Shown: positions 26,396-41,832, numbered from the stretch's first letter. The stretch: 64,000 bases of DNA from Eledone cirrhosa (GCA_964016885.1 OZ024747.1:66588001-66652000), one strand, 5' to 3'. Notes: generated by a model not told the origin, from the letters alone. Numbers and translations are program-made.

Positions 26396-26979
26396 AATAA
26401 TATAATATAGTTTTTGTTGTAGTTGGCTGTTATTGTTGTTGGCTATGTCAGTGGTAGTGCCGGGGCTTTTTATATTGTTGGTGAGGAAGGGGTGAGCCAG
26501 CAGTCCCATAGTTGTTGATGTTGACGTTTGGCCGGTGGCCAGGTCACGAAGTCAATCTATTTATATCTTTTGCTAGCCTCTCCCTTGTCTAGTGATACCG
26601 CCACCTTCCTCTTTCTCTCTCAAGTTAACAGGGGAATAGTGGTGGTAGCAATGAAGGAGTGGTGGCGGCGGCGATGGGATAGTGGTAGCAGTGATGGATG
26701 GGGTGGGGTGGTGGCAGCGGTGGCGTTGTGGTTACTGATATGTAGTATCTATGAGTTTGTGTTCGTATGTTTAATATATATTATTATTATATATTGTGTT
26801 GACATATTCCCGTAAAATTGGAATTAAACATTTTGTTAAAATTTGAGACAATAATAATAGTAATTATTATTATGATGCTGGGATTGATGGTGGTGGTGGT
26901 GAAATTGCCGTTATCTGGCTGTTATATTTAATGTGATGGGATAGGTGGTGTATCAAGTTTCTGGTGTTGGTGAAATTTT

Positions 26980-27092
<113 letters not shown>

Positions 27093-27394
27093 TTCTAGTA
27101 ACCAGTGAACGAACTTAAAGACAATCAATAATAACGGTTTCGTTCAAACCAATTAAATATCTTTACATATTACATTCCATGGCGTTTAATTTCACAGACT
27201 TTTAAACATTTTAATGCATCAATGATAGAATTGACAATTTATTATTATATCATTGATATACATATGTATGTATGCATGTATGTTTGTATGTGTATTTGTG
27301 TGTGTGTACGTGATTATATATATATATATATATATAATCACGTACACACACACATATATATATATACAGACTCTCTCTCACACCCCCACATACT

Positions 27395-27451
<57 letters not shown>

Positions 27452-27502
27452 CTGTGTGTGTGTGTATGTGTGTATGTGTGTGTGTGTGTGTGTGTGTGCG
27501 TT

Positions 27503-27533
<31 letters not shown>

Positions 27534-27917
27534 GTATGTATGTATATATCAAGGGAAACAAATATATCTTGAGAAAAATAACATCTGAATAAACCAATTC
27601 AGATGAAACGATAATTAAAAACTATATTCCTATATTTCTTTTTTGCAGTGCGTCAGAGTCATAAAATATACATATGCATACTTAAAGACATTGAATTTGC
27701 AGCATAATATGGCTATTCCACATAGCCTGATGTGCTGCAACTACTGTTGTTGTTGCCATTTGGCTTGTGGTTGTTGATGGTACCGGTGATTGTGTTGTTG
27801 ATTTTGTAGTAGTTGTCCCGTCCATCCCTATAAGCCTAAACCCAGAATTCTTGATGGTTTTAAGCTTGTTGGCGCTCACCCCTCTTCAGCTTTGAACACA
27901 TCATATTTTTTCAAGAG

Positions 27918-27950
<33 letters not shown>

Positions 27951-29379
27951 AAGTAAGAGAGAGAGGGAGATAGAAAGAGGGAGAGAGAGAGAGAGAGAGA
28001 GAGAAAGAAACAAAGAAAGAAAGAGAGAGAGAGAGAGAGATTGAAATCGGATATATGGAAAATATTTGGAAGTCGTCACGACGCTGAATATCCCTTAGAA
28101 ATAAGTTAAGGGTACAGATATCTGTGCAATACTCAACCCTTTACAGTATAATACTAGGCTGATTGTGCTTGTAATTAAAACTGACCAGCCTTGTTACACA
28201 ATGTAATGCTGAATAACATCAAGAATTAGCCATTTGCACGTTCTTCCGTTGGTCAAACAACTGGATGACACCTTGTCGAAACCGATAAAGCTGCATTTTA
28301 TTCCAGATTTAGGACTATTGGAGCTGAATATTTCTATGGATGTTGTGCCTAGTCAAAATAATTAATTCAAATCAATACAGTGGTGTCCATTGCTTACTTT
28401 TACAAGGAGGATATGATCAAAGCACAACAGCAATTATTCCTCCCCACAAGTTTCTTTTTTTGTGAGTGGTGTGTGCTATTTTAGGCAGAATATTTTTGTG
28501 TAAATTTTGTCTAAGGAAGAGAATTACCTCTTACATCGTTACCATATTTCCAACGAAAGCCAGCGTTTCAATTCATTTTAAAAATCATCAAAATTTTGTG
28601 GGAATTCAGTAAATAAATTTTTCATGATTAAGTTCATGTGTGAAACATTAACTAGCCGAAAATTCTTACATCAAAATATGATGGAATGTATTATGAGGAA
28701 AAAGACTTTAAAACGGGCAGTTTTATATCGAAGTTCCGCGGGCGATTTCAGGTGTTTTGGTATCAAAAGTGTTAATAAAAACGTTCTGATAGTATGTTTT
28801 CATCGTTTCTGCCAATATAGAAAAATTCTTCCATAAAAAATCACATTGTCGCATATTATCACACATTTAAAAGAATCTAAGTTCTCGCTCAATAGGTGAC
28901 TGGTTCATAGTCTAAGTTCCATCACCATGTTTATATATTCCACACACACACACACACACACACCCACACCACCACACACACATACACACACACTCACAAA
29001 CACACACACATACACAAATACGTACTCTCACACACACACATACACGCATACGCACTCGCACACACATGGATGAACACCACATGCACAAATACACCTTATT
29101 CCATTGTTGTCTGGATCTTTTCGTTAGGAGAAAAAGATGTATTTCTTCTAACGAAGTAGTAGCATATTTTACCCCACTCTCACACTTATTTCAGATGAGT
29201 TATTATTTGACTATTTACCACCACCAGCTTTGATGTTGCTTTGGGCCGATTGTATTAGGGAATACCGGGTTACAAATAGTAACATATGGCAACTTTAACA
29301 TTTTCATATTATTCCTTGTCATTTCACTACTGCTCGTAGTCCAGGACCTTTCTCAATATTCAGGATGTTTCTGGTTTGC

Positions 29380-29584
29380 ATGGCTTCTGGAGCGTTCTTT
29401 CCCTGGTGCTAATCTATATTCGAGGTGATTTATCAACATACCAACAACACCAATCACCATTGCAAAATTCAGCTCTTCTTGGCTCAGCCCATATCCTAAG
29501 AAAGGTACTGGCTATCTGAAGTTGCCAGACTTGATAGTCAGTGTGTTTACATCACTCTGCTGAAAGCCATGATGTAAAAGCAAA
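29380..29584 (+). mobile_element. 3' stub of a Dong-like LINE
   Basis: 29460-29519 translates LQNSALLGSAHILRKVLAI*, matching the C-terminus IQKIVLMGTAHILRKILSI of copy 2. Confidence 0.7.
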
Positions 29585-29690
29585 ATAATTGTTTCTACTT
29601 TTGGCACAAGGCCAGCAATTACCCAGTGTATTACGGGTACTTTATTTTATCGACCCCGTAAGGATGAAAGGCAAAGTTAACCTCGGCAAA
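29585..29690 (-). mobile_element. SINE family A, 5'-truncated
   Basis: Near-consensus 3' half. Confidence 0.85.
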
Positions 29691-29818
29691 CTTTCCTCGG
29701 CATTCCCGTAGTTATTCGATATTTTGAACGACATATTATTTTTGGTTTCGTTGTAAGTTATGTTGTTCCTTTTATGAGGGGAGTATGTATTATCATTAAC
29801 GCTGCTGTAGTAAATAAT

Positions 29819-29999
29819 TGTTTCTACTTTTTGGCACAAGGCCAGCAATTACCCAGTGCATTACTGGTACTTTATTTTATCGACCCCGTAAGGATGAAAG
29901 GCAAAGTCAACCTCGGCGGGATTTGAACTCAGATCGTAAAGGGACGTAACTATGCTGGAAAGCATGGCGTCCGACCCTCTACTGATACTGCCAATCCAC
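29819..29999 (-). mobile_element. SINE family A with TSD
   Basis: 10-bp TSD AGTAAATAAT at 29809-29818 and 30000-30009. Confidence 0.9.
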
Positions 30000-30565
30000 A
30001 GTAAATAATGATGGTGTGATACAGTTATTATTGGTGCCCATCTGGTTGCTGATATTCACAATGGTGTTGATTCTGTTGTAACAGCTTTTGTTTTTCTAAG
30101 TCACTTCTCGTTGATTGTTCATGAGAAAGAATATTTAACTGTTATCTACCATATTTAATGGATACAGATGGCCAATCCTTTCAATTTATATCACATACTT
30201 GATATTTTATTTTATTCTACGCGAGAGATATTCAAACTTTTCTCTACATTTCTCATACTGGATGATAGTATATATAACTACATATGTGTATACATTTATA
30301 TATCTGTGTGATTGTCAATGTAGTTAACCCATATTCTAACATATAACATTATATATCTCCCATCAATCAGTATAAGCAACATTTTTAAATGAAGGAGGTC
30401 GCATTCAAGTTTTTCGTTTATTTCTCTTTTATCTTTTCATTCCAAATATGTTGGTCAAAATCATATGTTGGTAAACTGCTTGATTTATGTCTATATTTCG
30501 CGAGGATTTACTTATTTAAGGTCAATTCCACGGGCTTCTTCATACGCATAGTAAGTACAATTGTG

Positions 30566-30638
<73 letters not shown>

Positions 30639-30673
30639 ATCTATCTATCTATCTATCTATCTCTCTATTTATC

Positions 30674-30769
<96 letters not shown>

Positions 30770-30800
30770 ATCTATCTAGCTATATGTATATATGTATGTA

Positions 30801-31195
30801 TAATTGGCAGTAGCACTAAGACAGCATTAAGCACAATATGAGTGTGTATGAAATGATATAATATATGTCTAGATACAATGAACTTCTGAGAGCCTCGCTA
30901 TCAAAGGGAAAAAATACTTTTCTATAATGAAAAAAATATTTTTCTCGGTTTTGATCTATGAACAGTTATCTCAGTATAAGTCGGGAATGCCAGGCAGAAT
31001 TGTTCCAGGATCCGTTACCCTCTGATTTGCATATAATGCGAACTTGCCGGATTATAAGTAATTGGCAGTAGTACTAAGACAGCGTTAAGCAAAAAAAGGG
31101 GTGTGTATGAAAACATATACTATATGTTTATATATAATAAACATATGAGAACTTCGCTAACAAAGAAAAATATTTTATTCATTATGAAAAAATTC
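30801..31195. repeat. Diverged direct duplication, 258-bp spacing
   Basis: TAATTGGCAGTAG(C/T)ACTAAGACAGC.TTAAGC at 30801 and 31059, with similarity continuing for ~130 bp. Confidence 0.75.
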
Positions 31196-31802
31196 AGCCA
31201 AGTTCGCTCTATATGCAAATGAGCATTTCTTCAGCAAATTTTTATCACGCGAAATGTATATAAACTCTCGTCTTCTTCTCGGTACTGGCTGAGTGGATGC
31301 CACTGATGAGAGATTAATCTTGAACCATATTCAAAGAATCAAACAGAATCTGAAACAGAAATTTGAGCCATGTTCTTCCAACAAAAACGAATGAATTTTC
31401 AAACTCTTGGATGTGAAAGACTTACGGCACAGTTCAAAGTCCCGCAAACATACACTACTATGACAAATGGAACTAGTTAAATTGATGCAAATAAATCTTC
31501 TTAATGAAACACATGCATCTTTACTTTCTACACGTGCTATTTCAAATTTACATCTTTTAGTTATTTCGGTTTGTTATAATACGTTTTCATAAACTAGTGT
31601 TTTAACGTACTATACATTTTACGGTATCTTTAAACTCGTCTAAAGCACCTGATTAGGTCACAATTTTTATCCCTCTTACAATCTGGAGATATGGTCAATA
31701 TCGAAAACTTAGGCAGAGATTTCGTTCCGTGTATGAATATAAATAAATATAATAATAACAATAATAATAATGATTATTATTATTATTTTATATATATATA
31801 CA

Positions 31803-31995
31803 GGGTGGTGAATTGGCAGTATCGGTAGAGCGTCAGACACCATGCTTTATAGCAAAGAGTTGTGGCCCTTTACATTCTGAGTTCAAATCCCGCCGAGGTT
31901 AACTTTGCCTTTCATCCTTACGGGGTCGATAAAATAAAGTACCAATAATGCACTGGGTAATCGCTGGCTTTGAGCCAAAAAGTAGAAACAATTAT
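31803..31995 (+). mobile_element. SINE family A
   Basis: Near-consensus copy. Confidence 0.9.
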
Positions 31996-32003
31996 ATATA
32001 TAT

Positions 32004-32034
<31 letters not shown>

Positions 32035-32464
32035 CGTACAGATGTGTATGTTTATATCTACTGTGTGTTTTATTTCTTCCGAAATTCTCATCATCTAATC
32101 AAATTTAAATTACTCCTTTTTTTCCTCTTTCTTTCTTTTTCAGACTAATATATAGGGAATGAGAAAGATATAGTGAGAGAGGTTATTTTCATCTAAGATT
32201 CAATAGTATGCATATAAACATCTATACCAAACCGATCACTCGTTCATTCCTTTATTCATTCATTCCATGGTTATTCCTTTCTGTGTTTTATTTTCTTCTA
32301 ATCCATTATTCTACTGTTCTGGAACTATACTCTCTCCATGTATTTTATTCGTGTTTCTTATTCTATATTTTTATTCTCACTTTTTTCCTGTCTCTTCTTC
32401 AGTTTCGGTGCTATCTCAATCGTCTTTGTTCCACCACCCCTCACGTGTGTATTTGATAAATATA

Positions 32465-32760
32465 CTAGCTCCGCAGTGCCATACTGCGGCACCCTATCTT
32501 CAAAGTGCCATATTTTCCCACACTATCTCCCCATTGCCACAGGGGGTTCACCCTAGCTCTATATTTCCATATTGTATCACTGACGCTCCCCAGTTCCATA
32601 GTGTGCCTCCCTAGTTCCGCAGTGCCATGCTGTGGCATCCTGCCTTCTAAGTTCCGTATTTTGTCACCCGATCGTACCAGATCCACAAGGGAGTCACTCC
32701 AGTTCCATATTTTCATCCTCTGTCACTGAAGCTTCCCAGTTCCATGGAGTGCCACCCTAG
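32465..32760. repeat. Tandem duplication, 146-bp unit x2
   Basis: CTAG(C/T)TCCGCAGTGCCAT at 32465 and 32611; both units end CCCAGTTCCAT...GTGCC.CC. Confidence 0.8.
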
Positions 32761-32908
32761 GACTAACTACTGGACTGTTTGTGTTACTGCGGCAAGGTAA
32801 TTTGACTAAATTAGATGCAGTGATGTTATGTGCGATGTTTGAAGTTGTTGAGTAAGATATTTTAACAGCCGTTGTAACGTTTTTTTAAACATTTACTTCT
32901 GCGTCCGC

Positions 32909-32981
32909 AGATTGATTCTTTTCAGTTTCAGAAGATCCCATTAAGGGTGAAAGCAGCTATTCTTTGCTTAAACTTTAATCT
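32909..32981 (+). ncRNA. Type I hammerhead-like motif with CAGAAGA core
   Basis: AGTTT-[CAGAAGA]-tCCC-ATTAA-GGGt-GAAA-GCA-loop-TGC-TT-AAACT, plus distal AGATTGA/TTAATCT pairing. Confidence 0.6.
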
Positions 32982-33012
32982 TATAATAAATATTTACCCT
33001 GCGGGTTTATAT

Positions 33013-33043
<31 letters not shown>

Positions 33044-33300
33044 CACCCCCCCCCCCCCCCCCCACACACACACGCATATATATATATATAAAACTTAAAA
33101 TGCAGTGGGAATACAAAGAAAGCAAGAATGGGGGGGGTCCTCATCAGTTGTCTACTGGGGTCTCGGATATTTCTACGCTTTAAAGACAATATACCTCGCC
33201 CCAGTGTGTGAATAATTGGATAAGTTATTGGGAAATCGGAGGAAGGAGGGAAGGAAAGTAAAGGGGAAGAAAAGAGAAAACAGTAACAAAACAGCGAAAA

Positions 33301-33398
33301 AAACGACCAATGTGTGAGCAACTCAGTCTTGAACTTAAGTTCTCTTATCGAGTGGTCTTAGATTTCCTAACTATAGTTGCTCGCACATTGCTCGGTTT
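33301..33398. repeat. Inverted repeat (hairpin)
   Basis: 33308-33323 versus 33375-33390: 15 of 16 positions complementary. Confidence 0.75.
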
Positions 33399-33766
33399 GT
33401 TGTTGTTTTTTCCACATTACCCCCTTTTTTTTCTTTTTTCTTTTCACTTCAAAAACCTTGTTTCAAAATAACATTATTCTTTCTTCAACATTTCCTTAAC
33501 ATGTTCAACATCACCAATATTTTACACCAATTCAAATTTCCCCCTTTGATAATGCATAAAATGCTGAAACCGGTAATAGACAATTATTAAATATATAAGT
33601 AAATAAATAAATGCCGTTGTTAATTAATAAATAAATAAACTAATACCTTAACATTTCACACAAAGTCAAATATTTTGTTTTAAACATTTTCTAACCCAGA
33701 AAAAATAGAAAAAATAAAAGGGAAAAAAAATATTTTTCTTCCTAATAATCGTCTTTTTCTCCCTAT

Positions 33767-33935
<169 letters not shown>

Positions 33936-34881
33936 ACATATATATATAATCCTCATCGAACCCTCTTCGGATTTTAGTCTTCACATTTATTATTACTATA
34001 TACATACATACATATGTATATATATATATATTTATCAATAAAACACATACGTATCCCACAGTTTAAACTACACTTAGTCTTGTCAAGCTATTTTTCACTA
34101 AAATTCCTCAACTACTTTACGAATTATTTGGGGTTACGACTTAATTCCCTTGAGGGAATAAATAGATAGAAACAGTTCTCTTCTGATACGTGACATAGAC
34201 GAAAGATGCGGGGAACGTATCTCTTCGCTTCCATTCGCGAGCACACAGACACACACACGTAAGTATGTGCACATAATAATAAGAATTTTCGTGTGTCTGG
34301 GTAAAACCGAAGTCATTGGTTGTTTGGGAAAATTTGGTTCTTATTTCCGAAGAGGCAAATCTGTAGATTCGTTACAAAGATGGACAGAATACTTTGAGGT
34401 ATTCATTTCAGCTCTCTGCGCTCTGAGTCCAGGCTCTATCGAAGTCAATTTTATCTTTCATCGTTTGGAGAACTATAATATACCAGTCTAATACTGAGGT
34501 AATTTGTCCCAGATTCTCTTCTCTCCCCTCTCTACCCCCTCTCTCTTTCTTTCTCTCTTCTGCCCCTCTCTCTCTCTTTCGTGGATGTGACCTGACCTGG
34601 AGATGGTTGCGCCCCATCAACTTCAAATTGACTAAGACACGCCGTCTTGAGAAGGCACTACTACGACTTCATCAGTAGATAAAAGTCCAGTATGTTTATT
34701 TACTAATGTCCTAGTTTTGTGCAACTATTATACCCATAATATCTACATAAACTTTTACATTTTCTCTCAAGTAGAATCTATAGTATGGAATACAAAATGA
34801 TTTATATAGATGCATATGCTTAAACTTAGGAACCCATATATAGATAGTTAGATGGATAGATAGATAAATAAGTAGATAGAT

Positions 34882-34953
<72 letters not shown>

Positions 34954-35167
34954 CATAAGTATATATCAGTCCATCCATCTGTTAGGGTGATACAATGGTA
35001 TTCACAATGGACCTGCATATAACACCGATCACACAATCATACAAAAACACACGCACACACATGTAAGTATATATGCGTGCACCTTTATATATAAACAAGT
35101 ATATTTATATATACGTACATATATGTATCTATGTATAATTTAATGCAAGTTGTAACCAACTTATATA

Positions 35168-35252
<85 letters not shown>

Positions 35253-35669
35253 ATATAAATATATATATATATGTATATATGTGTGTGTATGTGTGCATGT
35301 GCGTGTAACTTTTTACATAAACGCGTATATCTGTGTCTCTACTTAATTGACTATAAGCTGCTACCAAGGAAAATACACGTTAAACTAGGAAAACATCAAA
35401 CGCAATCTAAGTGAGCAATTGTAAACGTGGCGAATAAATATATTGAAATGTATAGAAATATATAAAACTAGAAACTACAAGACAATACAATGAATATCCA
35501 CATAATACAAACTAAATAAATAGTTCAATAATAGAAACAATAAAATCAATGATGTGTATCGACTTTTCAATTTAAGCAGCATTTTCTATTGAACGTAATG
35601 TTCCAAATTATTATGTTAACCATGAAACTTTACAACTGTTTTACTATTTCTTATTATTTCTATTTCTAC

Positions 35670-35810
35670 CAATGTTTTCATGTCTAACGTTAGAAATGAT
35701 CAGAATAATAGACCGATCAATGTTTTCACAACTAGCGTTAGAAATGATCAGAATAATAGACCGATCAATGTTTTCACAACTAGCGTTAGAAATGATCAGA
35801 ATAGTGGACC
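35670..35810. repeat. 48-bp tandem repeat x3
   Basis: Units start at 35670, 35718 and 35766. Confidence 0.9.
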
Positions 35811-35859
35811 AAAATATTTGTTTTCTTCGGTTTGTTTTTAAATGCTGTTGTTGGTGAAT

Positions 35860-36150
35860 ACGAAGTTGGCTTCGTAATTCTTACTTCCCGAGTTCGATCA
35901 AACTGCGTAGCATCCTGGGCAAATGTCATTTGTTATAGTCTAGAGCCGACCTATGGTTTGTAAAGTAGCTGAACTGCACCTGTAATTTAAGAAGCTAGCC
36001 TTGTTACACAGTGTGCCGTTCTGAATCTTCCTGATAGTTATTTAGGGTACACGTTTCTCTAGCATGTTCAGCCACCAACATTCATGAGTAGACTCTTCCC
36101 GTTATGAAACAATTGGTACTTTCAACGTCGAAACCAACAGAGGACCATTC
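35860..36150 (+). mobile_element. SINE family B, diverged
   Basis: CCCGAGTTCGATC B-box and shared 3' body. Confidence 0.6.
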
Positions 36151-36439
36151 ATACACTCATAATCTACATCCCTCCTATCAAACCTCATCCACTAGGCTTG
36201 TATAATCAACAATCATGACGGAAGGCAAATCATTAGAGTGACGGAAAGCCGGACAGATTCTCATGTCATATTTGTTCTCTTTTTCTGCTCTCAGGTTTTA
36301 CATGTTACCGAAGGCAAACTTGTGATTATTTCGAATTGTTTTGTAACCCCCGTCTTTGCAGACCTGATTAGTAGACATATGATCAAAGGTTTTGCAATTA
36401 GAAACCACAGAGATAGTTAGCGCTTCAGACAAAATGCAT

Positions 36440-37760
36440 TCCTATTCTTCTTGGGAAGGTCGTGGATGCAGGGTCTTCAGGGACACCTCCACGCCTCCCA
36501 GAGAATCCTATCAGAAGCAACCGTCTCCAATTGATCTGGATCGATCAGCAAGTGAGACCAATATTATCTTACCATCTTCTTCAAGTACTACATCTCGGTA
36601 ATCTGCTGGTTCCCTCTATCCGTAAAATCTATCTGGTGATTTTTTCTTTAGACATTTCAACCACAGTGTGCCGGAGCTACGATCTCCCGGTTCGTACAAT
36701 ACAGCGACTCTCCAATTTACGAGCTACAATATATCCAGAAATGTTCAGAGATCATCTTTCCACAAGTTAAGTAGTATCATGACATCTTCAAATTCCAGTC
36801 GACTGATTTTACACCGACCGGTTTTCAGTACGCACCACTGGCTGAGTGCTACACCCTCATTAAATAATTTCGACTCAGCATCATTGATCCGAACAGAAAT
36901 ACTATGGCATTCATGTTAGGGACATCAAGGCAACAAGAAGCTGACCATCAATCTCATACTCATGTATAACCTTCCAGAACAGGTCACGTGGAATGCGGTC
37001 ATATGCCTTTTCGAGGTCTACAAAAGAAGCATTACCTCTTGACAACGCTCGCACGATTTCTTGACGATCTGTAGCAGAGTGAATATTTGACCAGCTGTGC
37101 TACGTCAAGTGCAAAAACCAAATTTCTCGTCAGCTAGCTTGAACTCGACAATATTCCTACATCGCTATACCAGACACTTTGCATAGACTTTACCGGGGGG
37201 GGGGGGGGGCATAACAAGGAGATTCCTTTATAATTAAAGTAATCTCTCTTGTCTCCCTTTTTATAAAGGAATTCTAGTTTAACTCCAACTTATTATTATG
37301 CCTTAAACTTAGACGTATTTACTGTCTCCCATGTGACCTTTCCTTCAGCTTAAGCTTCAAGTGGCAAATCCTTTCAATAGGTTCCATTCCATAACACATT
37401 CCGACAGCCGGGGGCTTATGAGTATTTCCACTCCCACATGTGTAATCTTTTCTGACACTATGTCTCCATCCAAATCTTCTGTACCAGAGCCACTGAACTT
37501 TGTTGAGGAAACCCGACTATATCTAGCCGGTAGTATCTCGCTTCATCTACTAGTTCCTGCTCTTTGCCTGTAAGAGACGTAACGTTCCAGCTACCAATTG
37601 TCATGGTTTGCTCCCTTCTTGACACTCACTGGGGTCTCGAGATACGTAACCTTTGTGCTTCCATCCCAGGATAGTAACCTTTGTGCCTCCTAGGAGAGGT
37701 CGCCATTCTTTACGGTGTTGAATGGAGACTGCAATATATTTTAAAACAAACCCTCTACCT
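36440..37760 (-). mobile_element. Decayed RTE-clade LINE (RT N-terminal part and C-terminus, internally deleted)
   Basis: Manual minus-strand translation: KKGDKRDYFNYKGISLL, PGKVYAKCL, FVDLEKAYDRIPRDLFWKVIHEY, IDPDQLETVASDRILW; many stops. Confidence 0.75.
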
Positions 37761-39489
37761 AAGTCCTGAACGCTTCCCTTGTTACCTCACGCGAAGAACA
37801 ACGCAGTATGATTGTATTTATTGAATTCGAACATATTGCAGTTTTAGGTAAGCATATTTTCTCAGACTCGCAAAGGCTAGGTTTTTTGAGAGGTGGCCTG
37901 TACTCATCTTATAATTTCTTCGCTGGATTGACTGAGTTTTCTTGAGAACTAACAATGTTACCTTATGCTCCGTTGGTCCATTTATATCGCAGCTAACTAT
38001 CATATCTGTATTGTGATATTTATTCTGGCTTTCAACTCTCTGAATTCACATACCTCAGGGGTCAAACTTGCTTTTTGATTATTTAACCATTTTCTCTCAA
38101 ACTTAATTCACTAGACTTATATTTTCAACACAGAAAAATCATTAGAGCGTCGGAAACCCGCACAAAATGCCAGTTTTCTGTTATCATGTCACCAAGGTCA
38201 ACTTTGCCTTTCATTTATTTCGGGGTCAACAAAAAAAAAATCTATCAACTTGGGGCGGGTATTTTTGGTAAAATTGTTTGAGCGTCAACCTAGTTGCCTT
38301 GCAGTGTTTGTTCTGGTTCTTTGCGTCTCTGAGTTGCCCACTTAGATGTTAGACTTAGTCTAACACCCATTTTATCACCACCGCCTGACGTTTTGGTGTA
38401 AGAGAGCAACTCTCAAACACATTTCAGTACAAGGTGGTACTGTTAAATCTGATGGTAGATTAAATCTAACACGCCAAAATTTGCATGTTTACCCTCAGGG
38501 CTTCCACACAGATTTTGTTAAAGCAGCTTTCATTCTCAAGGCTTTGGTCATCTCGAGTTTATGGTAGAAAATAATTGATCAATATTTCGTACAGTTAGAT
38601 TGAATCTGAAACCTTTTGTGAAGCGAACCTTTTAATCACAAAGGCTGCGCTCTTTTGCCCATCTGAAGAAATACTTTTTTCCAAATATTATATATTTCAT
38701 TATGTACACGTACTATTGTTAAGCTTGATACTTAGAATGAGTGATGTGTCGACGTTTAGAGCCATGAACACAATATATATATGTATGAGTGTGTTTGTGC
38801 TTGGGTGTGTCAGTATCGTGAGCTATTGTATATGTACTTCTATGTTTCACCATTACTGTAAGTGTAGGTTTATTAATCGGTGTATATATGTTTGTAAAGA
38901 ACTCGCTAAGAACCACTCTCCCTCATCTATCTCAACTCTTTTTTGTCCTCCTTCGCCTGCTTTCTCCTCCCTCTCTCTGAGAAATCTTGTTTGTTCAAAC
39001 ATGAAGACGGAGGAATTCCACCAGGTTTTAAATTATCAATACCGCATGTCATGATGTTGCCCAAACGACTCCATCACGAGTTCGGATCTCATGGTTGGGC
39101 ATATACATTCTGTGTGGCTCTGTGTAAAATTTATCTTTCAGTGTAGGCTTCGATCTAGTACGTCTATCTCAAAATAATCGATACAAGTAAATCTGTTAAA
39201 GTGCCATATTCAATTGAAATGCAAATAACAACAACGTTACCACCACCCCTACTACTATTACTACTACTACTGAGGATGATAATAAAAAAGAAGAAGAAAA
39301 AAGAACATAACAAACATATAAAAAAAGAAATAAACAAAGCATATATATGAAAAAAAAAATCAATAGGATTTTATTGATTTTTGTGTAAATCAGAGTAAAG
39401 TTTATCAGTTTTGCTTTGCTGGGAAATTTTCTGAAGAAAAACTACAATTTCTATCAACGAAGGAAATATAAGAAAATGGAGTCTTTTGA

Positions 39490-40860
39490 ATAAGTTTATA
39501 TGGTGGTGGTGTACGTGAGGGAGAGAAGTATGTGAAGATATATGTGAGGGATGGGGCGAGGGTTAGTGGAAGGAAAGAATAGATTTATTTGAGAGAGTGT
39601 ATGTGGCAAAGTTAAGATATCTACGGAAGAGAGAGAGATGAGAGGAGAAATGTGTGTATATGCGCGTGTATGTGTGAAATAGATAGATAAATAGATAGAT
39701 AAATAGATAAATAGATAGATAGATAGATAAGTAGATAGATAGTGGAAAGGAAAAGAAATAAGAAAGAAATATGACAGATAGATGGAAAGTGAGAGTAGAA
39801 TTTTATGAAAGGGGGTGAGAATAGAGAAAGGAGAGAGTGAGGAGAGTGAGGGGCATTTGTGAAGAGATGATGGGAATGGAGAAAGAGGAGACAAATGAAG
39901 ATTACATAGAGAATGAAGTGAAAGAGAGAAACAGAACGTAAGAAGGATCGAAAGTTAAATGGATGTAATAAAATAAAAACAAAAATTTACAAAGAAAAAA
40001 TAAAAGCAAATAAAATACGGAATATACATATATATATATATATGTATATTAAATTTAAGTACAAGAGAAACTTGGTGACGAAGAAGAAATAACTCTAGTG
40101 ATTGACAGACAGATGAGCACGAGAGGAGAGGAATGGATAAAAGGATAAAAATGAAATGGAAAGGAGATTAAAAAGTGTATGGCATGAAAAGAAATGAGAG
40201 AAATAAAAGAGAGAAAAATGTATATAAAAAAAGAGCGTGGGTATAAGTGAAAGGTAGAGAAATATCCACGAGGGGAAATGAATGAGTGATTATGGTGTGA
40301 GGAAATAAAATAATATGGTGTGAGAAGTAAAATGGAGTGGAGGTGTATAAGAGGAAGAAAGAGAGGGGGGGGGGTAATAAGGGAAAATAAATATTAAGGT
40401 GGTGGGGGCGAAAATGAAAGAAAGAGTGAAATAAATTAGGCAAGGTGAATGAAAGATAAAGATAGAGATGTGGGAGGGAGGAATGAAATAGAAAAATAAG
40501 CTGGATAAAAGAATAAAAAGATGAATTAGAAGTTAGCAAAATAAAGGGAGGAATAAAAGGAGGGGTATATGAAAAAGAGGGAGAGAGAGAAGGAAGGAGA
40601 GAGAGAGTGAGATAGAGAGTGAGAGAGAGAGTGTGTGTGAGTAGAGAGAGAGGGGGAGTGTGAGAGAGAGAGGGAGAGAGAATGAGAGACAGTGTGTGAG
40701 AGAGAGAGAGGAGGAGAGGGGGAGAGAGGGGGAGAGGGGGGGGAGAGGAAGAGACAGAGAGAGGGATAGAGATATAGAGAGAGGGAGTGAGGGAGAGAGA
40801 TAGGGAGACAGAGAGAGAGGGAGAGACAGACAAAGAGAGAGAGACAGAGAGAGAGATGGA
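39490..40860. repeat. Long purine-rich (GA/GATA) low-complexity tract
   Basis: Strong strand asymmetry, with almost no C on the + strand. Confidence 0.85.
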
Positions 40861-41154
40861 GTATGAGGGAAGCAGAGGACCTTTTTTCTATGGAGGTTTT
40901 GTGTGAATGGCTGTTGATTGAGTCACAAGACCTGTTAAACACCCTAGCTACGAAGACATAAATGTAATTGATAATGAAAGTATATATAATATGTAAAAGT
41001 GATACGATCAACAACAGTGAAGGCCTAAGAATGAAATGGATTGTTAACCTGTAAGAGTTAAATATAATAGAAAGGTGTCAGCTGTGTTAAGGACCGTATT
41101 CAACATGGCCGCTTCTTTTCATCACCCTCTATTATATATTAAGTATGTGAGTGA

Positions 41155-41203
<49 letters not shown>

Positions 41204-41350
41204 TATTTTTATTTATATATATATATATATTTTTATTTATATATATATATATTTTTATATATATATATATATAACGAAGGAAATGTGGTAAGGAACCAGG
41301 TGGACCATAACGCACCAAAGTACTCAATACTTAGGGTAGTAGAGTGGGTA

Positions 41351-41647
<297 letters not shown>

Positions 41648-41832
41648 TATATATATAGATAGATAGAGATATAGTTTTCTGTATGAGAGTCACTAATGGG
41701 AAATAAATCGATCGGCAGTTGTAGACCACTAGATTAGATACATGGCTAACCTGCTGTATTACTCAACCTTACATATATATACACACATATATATATATAC
41801 ATATATACATATATATATATATATACATATAT

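Noticed and set aside
26297-26509. N-terminal extension of the 549-aa ORF
   Set aside because: Runs through a SINE tail (MHWVIAG...) and flanking low-complexity DNA; probably fortuitous
27682-27900. Thr-rich minus-strand ORF or possible exon
   Set aside because: Low complexity, with no recognisable domain or firm splice signals
34183-34225. Hammerhead-like CTGATAC...GAAA-GATGCG/CGTATC-TC
   Set aside because: Good stem III, but the core is wrong, stem II is weak and there is no stem I
34635-34678. Minus-strand CTGATGA-AGTCGT...ACGGC
   Set aside because: The GAAA half of the core is missing; at best a deleted relic
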